Origin: a virus
Taxonomy: Duplodnaviria; Caudoviricetes
Length of the DNA stretch: 64,000 nt
Strand: one strand, 5' to 3'
IMG/VR virus record: IMGVR_UViG_3300021959_007005
Shown: in pieces, positions 27,655-37,057 of the stretch
Numbering within the stretch: position 1 is the first letter of the stretch
Layout of the letters: each line of letters opens with the position of its first letter
Program-made: the position numbers and the translations under genes
The notes under the pieces: model-generated
Told to the model about the DNA's origin: nothing
Database searches by the model: none
What the model saw: only the letters and a program-made list of their open reading frames with translations

Positions 27655-28860
27655 ATGGCAAACTTAGTAGTAATAGGAACCCAATGGGGCGATGAAGGCA
27701 AAGGCAAAGTAGTTGATTTACTAGCAGAACAAGCAGATGTTATAGTACGTTTTCAAGGAGGACATAACGCAGGGCATACACTGGTAATAGGTGACAAAGT
27801 TTTTAAACTTAGCTTACTGCCCAGCGGTATAGTAAGAGAAGATAAAGTTTCGGTTATTGGTAACGGTGTTGTATTGAATCCTTGGAAACTATTAGAAGAG
27901 ATTGAACTAGTACAGTCACAAGGTGTAAACATTGATCCTAGTAGATTGATGATTGCAGAAAACACTCCGCTAATTTTACCCTATCACCAAGCATTAGATC
28001 AGTCAAGAGAAGAAGTAACTGATAAAAAAATCGGTACTACTGGCAGAGGCATTGGTCCTGCATATGAAGATAAAGCAGGAAGACGTGCAATTAAAGTAGG
28101 AGATCTTAGAGATGATGAACTACTCAAACATAGACTAGCAATAGCCGCAGAGTATCACGACTTTGACCAACAACAGTTGTTTAATCAGCTAGCACATATC
28201 AAAAAACATGTATTACAATATGTAAATGATGTACCACTTTATCTAAATCAAAAGACTGACTTAGGATTTAATATATTATTCGAAGGCGCACAAGGAAGCA
28301 TGCTAGATGTAGACTTTGGCACTTATCCTTATGTAACAAGCTCAAACACACTAGCAGGTATGGCTAGTATAGGCTCAGGGGTACCGCATAATAAGATACC
28401 AAATGTAATTGGTATAACAAAAGCATACACAACTCGAGTTGGCGAAGGGCCAATGACGACTGAATTATTTGATGATGTTGGAGAGCATCTAGCAAGTGTA
28501 GGTAAAGAAAAAGGTACAGTAACTGGTAGAAGCAGACGCTGTGGATGGTTTGATGTATCACAAGTAAAACGAACATGTATGTTAAATGGTGTTACTGGCA
28601 TAGCATTAATGAAAATAGACGTACTCGATAAACTCGAGACTATTAAGATTTGTACTGACGTACACAACGGAATACCAGTGTATGAAGAGCTACCTGGTTG
28701 GTGTACTAGTACAATAGGTATAACTGATTATTCAGATTTACCAAGACTTGCTCAAGAGTATATTAACCGTATTGAGCAATTAACACAAACCGAAGTAGTT
28801 TTGATATCAACTGGACCAGAAAGAGATCAAACTATTTTATTACAAGATTCTTTCTTTTAG
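27655..28860 (+). CDS. purA: Adenylosuccinate synthetase
   Basis: QWGDEGKGK, GGHNAGHT, GTTGRGIGP, EGAQG and TVTGRSRRCGW motifs. Confidence 0.95.
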   Translation: MANLVVIGTQWGDEGKGKVVDLLAEQADVIVRFQGGHNAGHTLVIGDKVFKLSLLPSGIVREDKVSVIGNGVVLNPWKLLEEIELVQSQGVNIDPSRLMIAENTPLILPYHQALDQSREEVTDKKIGTTGRGIGPAYEDKAGRRAIKVGDLRDDELLKHRLAIAAEYHDFDQQQLFNQLAHIKKHVLQYVNDVPLYLNQKTDLGFNILFEGAQGSMLDVDFGTYPYVTSSNTLAGMASIGSGVPHNKIPNVIGITKAYTTRVGEGPMTTELFDDVGEHLASVGKEKGTVTGRSRRCGWFDVSQVKRTCMLNGVTGIALMKIDVLDKLETIKICTDVHNGIPVYEELPGWCTSTIGITDYSDLPRLAQEYINRIEQLTQTEVVLISTGPERDQTILLQDSFF

Positions 28861-28894
28861 AGAAAGAAATAACACTAACAGGGAGAAATATATT

Positions 28895-29515
28895 ATGTTA
28901 GGATTTTTTAAAGATATTGACAGAAGCATGTTGCTGAAACTAGTAGCACTACATGTAATTGTTATCGTAGTAAGTAACGCACTAGTAAGTATTCCAGTAG
29001 AAATTTTTGGAATTAAACTTACCTGGGCTGCATTTACATTTCCGTTAGTTGTACTAGCAACTGACTTAACAGTACGAATGTTAGGTAAAAACATTGCACG
29101 TTCAACAATTGCGGCAGCTTATCCGTTGGCAATTATTGGCTCAATTTTAGTTGTAATGGCGGAGGGTGCACCAAGTAGTGTAGCAATGCGTATTGGTTTA
29201 GCTAGTGCAACAGCATATGCAGTTGGCACAATGTTGGATGTATATGTATTTCAATACCTACGTGAAAACTTTATGAAGCATTGGTGGATTGCGCCAGCAG
29301 TATCAACTGTAGCGGCAAACGTCATTGACACATACACATTCTTTTGGGTTGCGTTCAACAACAGTGCAGACGAATATATGGCTGCAAACTGGGTAGAGAT
29401 CGCAGGATCACAAGTTGTGATTAAGATTGCAGTAGGACTTATTATCTTCCTACCAGCATACGGTGTGCTATTACGTTACTTAAATGGTAAACTTTCAGAA
29501 GAAGACGCCGAATAA
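28895..29515 (+). CDS. yhhQ: Queuosine precursor (preQ0/preQ1) transporter, VUT family
   Basis: SN.LV..P, TWAAFTFP, TDLTVR..G and IDTYTFF..AF motifs; multi-pass membrane protein. Confidence 0.9.
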   Translation: MLGFFKDIDRSMLLKLVALHVIVIVVSNALVSIPVEIFGIKLTWAAFTFPLVVLATDLTVRMLGKNIARSTIAAAYPLAIIGSILVVMAEGAPSSVAMRIGLASATAYAVGTMLDVYVFQYLRENFMKHWWIAPAVSTVAANVIDTYTFFWVAFNNSADEYMAANWVEIAGSQVVIKIAVGLIIFLPAYGVLLRYLNGKLSEEDAE

Positions 29516-29526
29516 TACAAAATTAA

Positions 29527-29553
29527 AAACGGTGGGGGAGATCCCCGCCGTTT
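29527..29553 (+). terminator. GC-rich hairpin, probable intrinsic terminator
   Basis: aaacggtgggg-gagat-ccccgccgttt (11 bp with one G-U), just after yhhQ. Confidence 0.7.
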
Positions 29554-29570
29554 AATATAAGGATAATATA

Positions 29571-30290
29571 ATGAAAATTAAATATGAAGACCATGATATA
29601 CTTTATCCATTTGGTGAATATATTTATAGATCAAAAGTAGACGCTGATGGTCTTAAATTTATGCAAGACTTAGCTGAATCCTCAAGGGAAGGCGATGATG
29701 CTAGTAAATCTTTAGTTGGAAATATAAAAGAACAACGACATGGCATGATTAAAAATCAACAAGATGTAAATAACTTTGATAAAATTTTTCGTCCACATTT
29801 AAAAAACTATATGGATCAAATTAACAGAACGGCTAATTTTGTCTTAGAAGAAGATTCTGAACGTTCTGAGCATGAAAGAGAAAATACACCATTTTGGAAA
29901 ATTGTTAGTGGTGATTATGAAAAACTTAGTTATTCGTTAAACCAAGGACCTTGGTTTAATTATATGAAAAAATATGAATTTAATCCATTACACAATCATC
30001 ATGGAGAAATAAGTGCAATATGTATGGTAAAGGTACCTGAGGAAATTCAAAAAGAAGCAGAGAATGATGAAGATCCAAATTGGAGAGCTGGTGGAAAATT
30101 AGAGTTTGTTAGTGCAAACGGCCAAGCATCACCACATAGGGTTGTTTCAAGAGAGGCTGATGTATATATGTTTCCATCTATACTGAGACATCAAGTTTAT
30201 CCTTATAAAAGTGATGTTGAACGAATTACATGTAGTTGGAATTATTATAATATTAACTACCCACCCTTGCAGGAATCATCAAATGAGTAA
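29571..30290 (+). CDS. Putative Fe/2OG oxygenase (HxH type)
   Basis: WFNYM..EFNPLHNH, GKLEF, FPSILRHQVYP and R.T.SWN motifs. Confidence 0.75.
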   Translation: MKIKYEDHDILYPFGEYIYRSKVDADGLKFMQDLAESSREGDDASKSLVGNIKEQRHGMIKNQQDVNNFDKIFRPHLKNYMDQINRTANFVLEEDSERSEHERENTPFWKIVSGDYEKLSYSLNQGPWFNYMKKYEFNPLHNHHGEISAICMVKVPEEIQKEAENDEDPNWRAGGKLEFVSANGQASPHRVVSREADVYMFPSILRHQVYPYKSDVERITCSWNYYNINYPPLQESSNE

Positions 30291-30471
30291 TGAAATACAA
30301 GCTAGAATGTTAGAGCTATGTGAGCCAATTGAACGACAAATTATGATGTGCGATAACAGAGAAGATATCTTAATGATGGCATGCGTTATGCTAGATAAGG
30401 TTAAAGTTATGCTTGACAGTCAAATTGGTGTTAAAGGAAGACGTGAAATTATAGATGGTGCAAATAAGTAA
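30283..30471 (+). CDS. Small hypothetical protein
   Basis: Start moved to 30283 (MSNEIQARM). Confidence 0.65.
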   Translation: MSNEIQARMLELCEPIERQIMMCDNREDILMMACVMLDKVKVMLDSQIGVKGRREIIDGANK

Positions 30472-31164
30472 ATGTATTTTATCAGTGCGCCATTTGGCAA
30501 TTATTTACAGTACACAAACTTTCTAAGTGGCAAACCAATAGTCAGTGTTACTGGAACATTTACGGTGAAGCCACGTCCTGGACTAGCAAAACAAATTATA
30601 AAAACACTTAGGTATACTAGAACAGGCTGGCGCAACAAACTAGGTTTGCGTAACCCAGGAATATTTAAGGGGTTGGACAACACTGCACCACACAATGTAA
30701 TGAGTATTGCTAGTTTGGAACCAAATGATTGGCGTATACTATATGAAATAGTGCCCAAGCATCAGAATGTAGAACTTAACATAAGTTGCCCAAATGTAGA
30801 TGAACATCCAGACTTAACTAAAGCATTTGCAAAAGATCAACGCTTCTGGTGCATTGTAAAAGTACCACCAACTATAACAAACAAACAGATTGACAAAATA
30901 GTTAAACTAGGCTATAATCAAATACATGCAAGCAATACTATTCCAACAGCGAAAGGTGGACTTAGTGGTGATGTAATTGTACCACACACTTTGAGAATAC
31001 TAGAATACATAAAAAGTACACATCCTCATGTTGAAGTTATCGCAGGCGGCGGAGTAAAAGATAAAGCTAGTGTTGATAGATATATTAACGCTGGAGCAGA
31101 TCATATTAGTATAGGCAGTGTATGTTTTACTCCTTGGCGTATTAAAGGAATTATAAATGATTAA
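30472..31164 (+). CDS. pyrD: Dihydroorotate dehydrogenase-like flavoprotein (short class 1)
   Basis: ELNISCPN (catalytic Cys), SNT, GGLSG and AGGGV motifs. Confidence 0.78.
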   Translation: MYFISAPFGNYLQYTNFLSGKPIVSVTGTFTVKPRPGLAKQIIKTLRYTRTGWRNKLGLRNPGIFKGLDNTAPHNVMSIASLEPNDWRILYEIVPKHQNVELNISCPNVDEHPDLTKAFAKDQRFWCIVKVPPTITNKQIDKIVKLGYNQIHASNTIPTAKGGLSGDVIVPHTLRILEYIKSTHPHVEVIAGGGVKDKASVDRYINAGADHISIGSVCFTPWRIKGIIND

Positions 31165-31717
31165 GAAACATTATTACAGTTGGCAAGATATTGAAAATAT
31201 GTGTAGTAGTATTGTATTACAAATGTATGCTGACAATTGGCGTCCGGATTATATTGTAGGACTTACTCGTGGAGGGAATGTACCTGCTACTATTATTAGT
31301 AACATGACAGGCATTCGTTGTGAAGCACTTAAAGTAAGTTTGCGAGATGATGAAGTAGGACCAGAAAGTAACCTATGGATGTCTGAAGATGCATTTGGAT
31401 ATAACGATCCAGACAAATCTGGTATTACTGGTGCACGATGGGATATTAAACTTCGTAAGAATATTCTTATTGTAGATGATATCAATGATACAGGTGCAAC
31501 ATTCAATTGGATTATAAAAGATTGGCAAGCAAGTTGTTTCCCCGAAGAAGAAAATGGTTGGAATAGTGTATGGAACAATAATGTTCGATTTGCCACATTA
31601 ACAGACAATTTGGCTAGTGAATTTACAGAGCATTGTGCTTACACATGTCACGAAATTAATAAAGCAGAACAAGATGTTTGGCTAGTTTATCCTTGGGAAA
31701 ACGTAGGAGAATATTAA
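31157..31717 (+). CDS. Purine phosphoribosyltransferase (Gpt/Hpt-like)
   Basis: IVGLTRGG, LIVDDINDTGAT and WLVYPWE motifs. Confidence 0.85.
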   Translation: MIKKHYYSWQDIENMCSSIVLQMYADNWRPDYIVGLTRGGNVPATIISNMTGIRCEALKVSLRDDEVGPESNLWMSEDAFGYNDPDKSGITGARWDIKLRKNILIVDDINDTGATFNWIIKDWQASCFPEEENGWNSVWNNNVRFATLTDNLASEFTEHCAYTCHEINKAEQDVWLVYPWENVGEY

Positions 31718-32518
31718 ATGAGCAAATTTTTATATAGAGTTGATGGCGGACGATATGGCGGAGAATTAGCAATTGGTAAAGTAACAGCAGAATTTGTACG
31801 CTATTGGCAAGACAAAGACCAAGATGATCTAGTATCACACATTGTTGGATTGGATTGGGACGATAGTGAAGATGTTGATACTAATAGTCCAGATCCATAT
31901 GAAGATATGGATTACTGGAACAACTGGTACGAATGTGACGAGTATGAACATCAAAATGGTTACTATGCTGACGGTACATTTAGTGTCCATGATGTTTCAG
32001 GCAATGACCCAGAAAGTGAAGAAGCACAGGGATGGGACGAAGATGCAGTTGAGGTAGATCCATACCACTTAATGAGTAGAGAATGTTATGCAAATAAAGA
32101 AGAGCCTGAAGACTTGGAAGGTTATACTCCTGTATTGTGTTTTCATAGTGGTGAGAAAGGCGGCTTTGGCCAATGGTTTATTGAAACAGACAAACCATTT
32201 GATCCTAAAAAACTAGCATACACACAAGTAGAAACAGATTTATGTGAACTAGTAGATGGCATGTACTATGATAAACAACATCTGGAAACTGTCTATGATT
32301 ACATGGACTCAACTGGCAAAGGCTACTATGCATATGTAGGCTGGCTTAAAGATGAATGGCACGACACACCAGATGGTATAACTGAAGAACACTGGGAAGA
32401 TGTTTGGACAGATTATGATGCTGAAATGGAAGAACTTAAACAACAAGAACGTAAAGAATACGAACAAGCAAGAGCACAAAAGATTGCTGACAATCCTGGA
32501 TGGGAACCTGGACAATGA
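31718..32518 (+). CDS. Acidic hypothetical protein
   Basis: 266-aa Asp/Glu/Trp/Tyr-rich ORF. Confidence 0.7.
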   Translation: MSKFLYRVDGGRYGGELAIGKVTAEFVRYWQDKDQDDLVSHIVGLDWDDSEDVDTNSPDPYEDMDYWNNWYECDEYEHQNGYYADGTFSVHDVSGNDPESEEAQGWDEDAVEVDPYHLMSRECYANKEEPEDLEGYTPVLCFHSGEKGGFGQWFIETDKPFDPKKLAYTQVETDLCELVDGMYYDKQHLETVYDYMDSTGKGYYAYVGWLKDEWHDTPDGITEEHWEDVWTDYDAEMEELKQQERKEYEQARAQKIADNPGWEPGQ

Positions 32519-32640
32519 TAACAGAAACAATTATAAACAACAGTGGTATTATCATAGGTAATTTACTGTTCTGGCCTATCTATATATGGGTATGTACTAT
32601 ACCATATCGTATGTTACAAATGGGTATAGACAATGCATAA
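32515..32640 (+). CDS. 41-aa membrane peptide (not in ORF track)
   Basis: Hand translation MITETIINNSGIIIGNLLFWPIYIWVCTIPYRMLQMGIDNA; ATGA overlap. Confidence 0.55.
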   Translation: MITETIINNSGIIIGNLLFWPIYIWVCTIPYRMLQMGIDNA

Positions 32641-32818
32641 ACAAACAGGCACAAACAGTTGGACAATCGAAGTCCAAGAAAACGGAAAAACAAAAGAGCT
32701 ATTCATTGAGTTTCCGCCGGATGCACTTAGTCAAGTTGGATGGGATGTAGGCGATACATTGATTTGGGAAGAACTAGATCATGGCGGCTGGAGTATAAAA
32801 AAATGCGAGTCAGAATAG
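32633..32818 (+). CDS. AbrB/MazE-like small DNA-binding protein
   Basis: FIEFPPDALSQVGWDVGDTLIW pattern. Confidence 0.6.
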   Translation: MHKQTGTNSWTIEVQENGKTKELFIEFPPDALSQVGWDVGDTLIWEELDHGGWSIKKCESE

Positions 32819-33165
32819 GACCATACAGAAAGAATCGTGCTACAAGAGTTGAAATAGAACCGCACGACACATGGAGCATGGATTGTACACTTGCTATGAT
32901 TATTCATCCTATGCTTGTACAACTCAAAGCAACAACACATGGATATCCTAGTGATCTTACTGAAGAACGTTGGAACGAAATACTAGATGAAATGATTTGG
33001 GCATTCGGACACAAAGCAAAAGAAATGGATGCTGGAGATATGTGTGCAGACAAATGTTCAAACTTTGGTGATCCAGTATGCAAGGCTTGCTTGAAAGAAA
33101 CACAAGAACGCCTTACAAATGCATTTACATTGTTTGGAAAATACTATGAAAACTTATGGGACTAA
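32803..33165 (+). CDS. Hypothetical phage protein
   Basis: Start moved to 32803 (MRVRIGPY); DTWSMDCTLAMIIHPML and FGKYYENLWD. Confidence 0.7.
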   Translation: MRVRIGPYRKNRATRVEIEPHDTWSMDCTLAMIIHPMLVQLKATTHGYPSDLTEERWNEILDEMIWAFGHKAKEMDAGDMCADKCSNFGDPVCKACLKETQERLTNAFTLFGKYYENLWD

Positions 33166-33175
33166 TAAAAGTAGT

Positions 33176-33204
33176 TTGACAGACTAATAAAAAAGTAATA
33201 TAAT
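33176..33204 (+). promoter_or_regulatory. Sigma70 consensus promoter
   Basis: TTGACA-N17-TATAAT upstream of queE. Confidence 0.8.
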
Positions 33205-33234
33205 ATTAGAAAATACAATCTTATAGGAAAATTT

Positions 33235-34131
33235 ATGAAGTTAAGATATAGCGAAGCATTCTACAGTGTACAAGGTGAAGGCAAGTTTGTGGGAGTACCT
33301 AGTGTATTTCTGCGTACTTTTGGTTGTAACTTTCGTTGCATGAACTTTGGACTTGATAGAAGCGAGCCAATGCGTGACGTAAAACAAAAACAAGGTGTAA
33401 TACATAACGAAGAAGTACAAGGTCTATTAGACAATAAAGTACATGAAACTACAGAAGTATTTACAGACTTGCCCATTATACACACAGGCTGTGATACATA
33501 TGCAAGTATCTATCCAGAGTTTAAACACTTTAACAAGCAAGCTACAGTTGACGAAGTTGTAGAGCATTTAATTAGTTTACTGCCAGAAGGAAAGTGGACT
33601 TGTGATAACGGTCAAGACATACATTTGATAATGACCGGAGGTGAACCGTTGTTGGCGTGGCAACGACTGTACATAGAATTATTTGAACATCCACGTATGC
33701 AGGATCTAAAAAATGTTACATTTGAAACAAATACTACACAATTTCTCAAAGACGATCTCTTTGACTATCTCAACAATAGCGACAGGATTACTGTCACATG
33801 GTCATGTTCCCCGAAACTTAGTGTTAGTGGAGAACCTTGGGATACTGCTATTAAACCTAAAGTTGCTCATGAGTATAGTCTTGTGGACGGCAGTGACTTG
33901 TATCTCAAGTTTGTTGTCGCTGATCGTATGGACATTGAAGAAGCTGAGCAAGCTGTTGAAGAATATCGTGCTGAAGGTTTGGAATGCCCTGTGTACCTTA
34001 TGCCATTGGGTGGTAGGTCTGAAGAGTACAATCTTAACGTCCAAGAAGTTGCAAACATCTGCATGGAAAAAGGGTGGCGTTTCACCCCAAGACTTCACAT
34101 TTCACTCTTCGGAAATGCGTGGGGCACTTAA
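33235..34131 (+). CDS. queE: 7-carboxy-7-deazaguanine synthase (radical SAM)
   Basis: FYSVQGEG..G.PSVFLRTFGC, TGGEP, FETN, SCSPKL and RLH motifs. Confidence 0.9.
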   Translation: MKLRYSEAFYSVQGEGKFVGVPSVFLRTFGCNFRCMNFGLDRSEPMRDVKQKQGVIHNEEVQGLLDNKVHETTEVFTDLPIIHTGCDTYASIYPEFKHFNKQATVDEVVEHLISLLPEGKWTCDNGQDIHLIMTGGEPLLAWQRLYIELFEHPRMQDLKNVTFETNTTQFLKDDLFDYLNNSDRITVTWSCSPKLSVSGEPWDTAIKPKVAHEYSLVDGSDLYLKFVVADRMDIEEAEQAVEEYRAEGLECPVYLMPLGGRSEEYNLNVQEVANICMEKGWRFTPRLHISLFGNAWGT

Positions 34132-34209
34132 TAAAAAATATAAAAATAAGCAACACGAACGAGCTATGAAGGCACCCATTAATGAAGATAAAATTAGAAA
34201 GGCTGGATT

Positions 34210-34557
34210 ATGAATTTACATAGTATTACTAAAAAATATCTTTCTTCTTGGAATACAAGAGATAAATCTACGCTCCAAAGTATATTTGCAGAAGATATTA
34301 CACTACAAGATTGGAATGTTAAAGTACATGGCAGAGAAAACGTAATTAATGCTAATGCTGATATTTGGGAAAATGTACCAGATATACATGTATTGTTAAT
34401 GCATATTGGTGTTTGTGAAAAACTAAAAAAATCATATGCAGAAATTACTGTTGTAAGTCAAAAAGAAAATTTACACATAAAGGTAATTGATGTTATTTCT
34501 TTTGACAAAAACAATAAAATTATCAAGGTAGATGCATTCCACCAGGAGTCAACATAA
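34210..34557 (+). CDS. NTF2/SnoaL-like protein
   Basis: YLSSWNTRD..L..IFAEDI...DW..V.G pattern. Confidence 0.7.
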   Translation: MNLHSITKKYLSSWNTRDKSTLQSIFAEDITLQDWNVKVHGRENVINANADIWENVPDIHVLLMHIGVCEKLKKSYAEITVVSQKENLHIKVIDVISFDKNNKIIKVDAFHQEST

Positions 34558-35649
34558 ATGAACAACTATATCTTTACAAGCGAAAGCGTTAGTGATGGAC
34601 ACCCAGATAAAATAGCAGATCAAATCAGTGATGCACTAGTAGATGCCGGACTAACCAATGGCGACGAAACAACTCGTGTAGCTATTGAAACACTTGTAAC
34701 CACTAACCATGTAACGTTAGCGGGCGAAGTAAAAAACTTTAACGTAAGCAAAGACAAGGTAAAACAAATCGTTCGTGACAAAGTTAAAGAGATTGGTTAT
34801 GAACAAGAAGGATTTCATTGGGATAACTTGCGTATCTACAATGAGATTCACTCACAAAGTGGAGACATTGCGCTAGGCACAGACGACTTTGGTGCAGGAG
34901 ATCAAGGACTAATGTTTGGCTATGCTTGTAATCATACAGACAGTATGATGCCAGCACCTATTCATTACAGCCATGAGATACTAAAGAACTTGAAAAGCAA
35001 ACGTGGTGCTATACTAGGACCAGATGCTAAGAGTCAAGTAAGTGTAGAGTACTATGGTGCTCGAAGAGATGGTATAATTAAACGTATTGACCAAGTTGTA
35101 ATAAGTACTCAGCATACTGAAGGTAATGTAGAGGAAGCTAGACATCTTTGTAAACTTTCAGCAATGGAAGAACTTGGAGATTTAGTGGATGACAACACTA
35201 TATGGCATCTTAATCCTACAGGTAATTTTGTTATCGGTGGTCCTGACGGCGATGCTGGTGTCACAGGAAGAAAGATTATCGTGGACACTTATGGCGGTTT
35301 CGCTCCTCATGGTGGCGGTGCTTTTAGTGGCAAGGATCCTACTAAAGTCGACCGCTCTGCAGCCTATATGGCTCGTTGGCTTGCTAAAAATGTTGTAGCA
35401 GATAATATGGCAGACTGGTGTAATATCCAATTAAGTTATGCTATTGGTGTTAAAGAGCCCACAAGCATTTATGTTGATAGTAACGGGCACAACGCTAGTA
35501 TTGCTAAGTTTATTGAACGTGAGATTGATTTAACTCCAAAAGGAATTATTGACAGATTTGACTTGTTTAACTATACCAACTACAGCAAAAATTGTGTATA
35601 TGGACACTTTGGTGCTAAAGATGTTCCTTGGGAGAAAATTGGATGGTAA
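34558..35649 (+). CDS. metK: S-adenosylmethionine synthetase
   Basis: FTSESVSDGHPDK, GAGDQG, GRKIIVDTYGG and GGGAFSGKD motifs. Confidence 0.97.
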   Translation: MNNYIFTSESVSDGHPDKIADQISDALVDAGLTNGDETTRVAIETLVTTNHVTLAGEVKNFNVSKDKVKQIVRDKVKEIGYEQEGFHWDNLRIYNEIHSQSGDIALGTDDFGAGDQGLMFGYACNHTDSMMPAPIHYSHEILKNLKSKRGAILGPDAKSQVSVEYYGARRDGIIKRIDQVVISTQHTEGNVEEARHLCKLSAMEELGDLVDDNTIWHLNPTGNFVIGGPDGDAGVTGRKIIVDTYGGFAPHGGGAFSGKDPTKVDRSAAYMARWLAKNVVADNMADWCNIQLSYAIGVKEPTSIYVDSNGHNASIAKFIEREIDLTPKGIIDRFDLFNYTNYSKNCVYGHFGAKDVPWEKIGW

Positions 35650-35954
35650 AGAAAATAATAACTGAAGAAATAGTCAGAGAAGCATTACTAAACGTATATG
35701 ATCCAGAAGTTAGTCTTAGTGTACAAGAGCTAGGATTAATTTATGAAGTAAAAATTAACGGACAAGAAGTTTACATTAAGCATACATTGACAAGTATGAT
35801 GTGTCCGTTTGCAGATGAAATTTGTCAAGGTATTGAAGAAGCAGTTGGTGAAATTTCAGGTGTTGAATCAGTTAAAAGAGAACTAGTATTTGAACCACCA
35901 TTTAGTATAGAAATGGTACCAGAAGATACACGAATGATGATGGGATGGTATTAA
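35643..35954 (+). CDS. DUF59/SufT-like Fe-S cluster maturation protein
   Basis: VYDPE..SVQELGLIY, TS..CP and LVFEPP motifs. Confidence 0.85.
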   Translation: MVKKIITEEIVREALLNVYDPEVSLSVQELGLIYEVKINGQEVYIKHTLTSMMCPFADEICQGIEEAVGEISGVESVKRELVFEPPFSIEMVPEDTRMMMGWY

Positions 35955-36355
35955 TGCCGTATTATACAACTGCAAACTTATTTGAAGTAGGTGACTTTAT
36001 CAGTCACGCAGGAAACAAACTAGCATGGAAAATTGAGTGCGATGCTATACGCCCAGAGTGGTGGGACGGACTAGCACGTATGATCATGGACTATCAAACC
36101 GAGCCTTTTAGTAAAGTAGTTGGTATTCCACGTGGCGGGTTGCCACTACAGTATGCAATGGAAAAATATGTAACACCTGGTGATCATCCTTGGATGGTTG
36201 TAGATGATGTGTACACTACAGGCACAAGTTTTAGGGAGTTTTGCACAAGTAATCAAACAATGTTTGCATACAAGTGGTGTATTTTTGCACGTAAACCTAT
36301 CGAAGGCGATGAGCCACATGACGTGAGAGCGTTGTTTACTATGCCCACTAAATAG
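35954..36355 (+). CDS. Short phosphoribosyltransferase (PyrE-like)
   Basis: GDFISHAG, VVGIPRGG and VVDDVYTTGTS motifs. Confidence 0.75.
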   Translation: MPYYTTANLFEVGDFISHAGNKLAWKIECDAIRPEWWDGLARMIMDYQTEPFSKVVGIPRGGLPLQYAMEKYVTPGDHPWMVVDDVYTTGTSFREFCTSNQTMFAYKWCIFARKPIEGDEPHDVRALFTMPTK

Positions 36356-36372
36356 ATTTAGAGAAAGTAAAT

Positions 36373-36642
36373 ATGTTAGACAAACTCAAGAATATTTTTA
36401 ATAAAAGTAAAGAAGTAGAAACTAAAGAAAATGCCAAAGGTCCGTGGGTCAAGGTAGTAGAGGTACACTTCGATAAAGACAACCCCACACAAGGTTATTT
36501 TGAATTAGACTGGAACGAAGATTTCGTTGGTCTACTAGGTGAGGCTGGCTATGCTGGTGAGACACCTGAACAAATTGTTGACCTATGGTTTAATGATTTA
36601 TGTCGTAGTGTAGCAGCAGATGCTGCTGGAGAAGATTTATGA
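36373..36642 (+). CDS. Hypothetical protein
   Basis: ORF with upstream RBS. Confidence 0.7.
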   Translation: MLDKLKNIFNKSKEVETKENAKGPWVKVVEVHFDKDNPTQGYFELDWNEDFVGLLGEAGYAGETPEQIVDLWFNDLCRSVAADAAGEDL

Positions 36643-36863
36643 ATGAACAGCCTAAATTAATACTACTTACTGATATAATCGAACAAAAAGTTCGCAAAGA
36701 GAAAGAACTACAATTTTACGAAAAAGAATTAGAAAAGCTACAAAGTAAAATGTATTGGCTTAGGCGTGAGATCGGATTGAATGAAACTATCATTGATATC
36801 ATTAAAAACGATGCTGTATTAGATGTTAAGGACAATATGGAAAAACGTATGATCGAAGAATGA
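36639..36863 (+). CDS. Coiled-coil hypothetical protein
   Basis: ORF with overlapping stop/start. Confidence 0.7.
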   Translation: MNEQPKLILLTDIIEQKVRKEKELQFYEKELEKLQSKMYWLRREIGLNETIIDIIKNDAVLDVKDNMEKRMIEE

Positions 36864-37057
36864 AAAACGCAGAATCGCAACGTATTCAAGATAGCGAAGA
36901 ACGTAGACAAGCTATGAAAAAAGAACGCCGGCAGCAAGAAGGCGAAATTATTCATCAAATTAAACAACCTAAAAAAATATACAAAGGCCGTAGTTTTAGT
37001 GGAATTGAAACTTCTTCAGGTACAGTTAATCGTGGGAAGGATTGGTACTCAAAATGA
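36860..37057 (+). CDS. Hypothetical protein
   Basis: ORF with overlapping stop/start. Confidence 0.6.
   Translation: MKNAESQRIQDSEERRQAMKKERRQQEGEIIHQIKQPKKIYKGRSFSGIETSSGTVNRGKDWYSK

Noticed and set aside
27655-28860. PurZ / 2-aminoadenine (Z-genome) pathway
   Set aside because: The protein keeps the canonical PurA GDEGKG with catalytic Asp (PurZ has Ser there), and no DatZ/MazZ-like genes are visible.
34115-34213. Frameshifted extension of QueE or a 32-aa ORF (MRGALNKK...KAGL)
   Set aside because: QueE ends plausibly at GNAWGT, and there is no clear slippery site or RBS; unresolved but unsupported.
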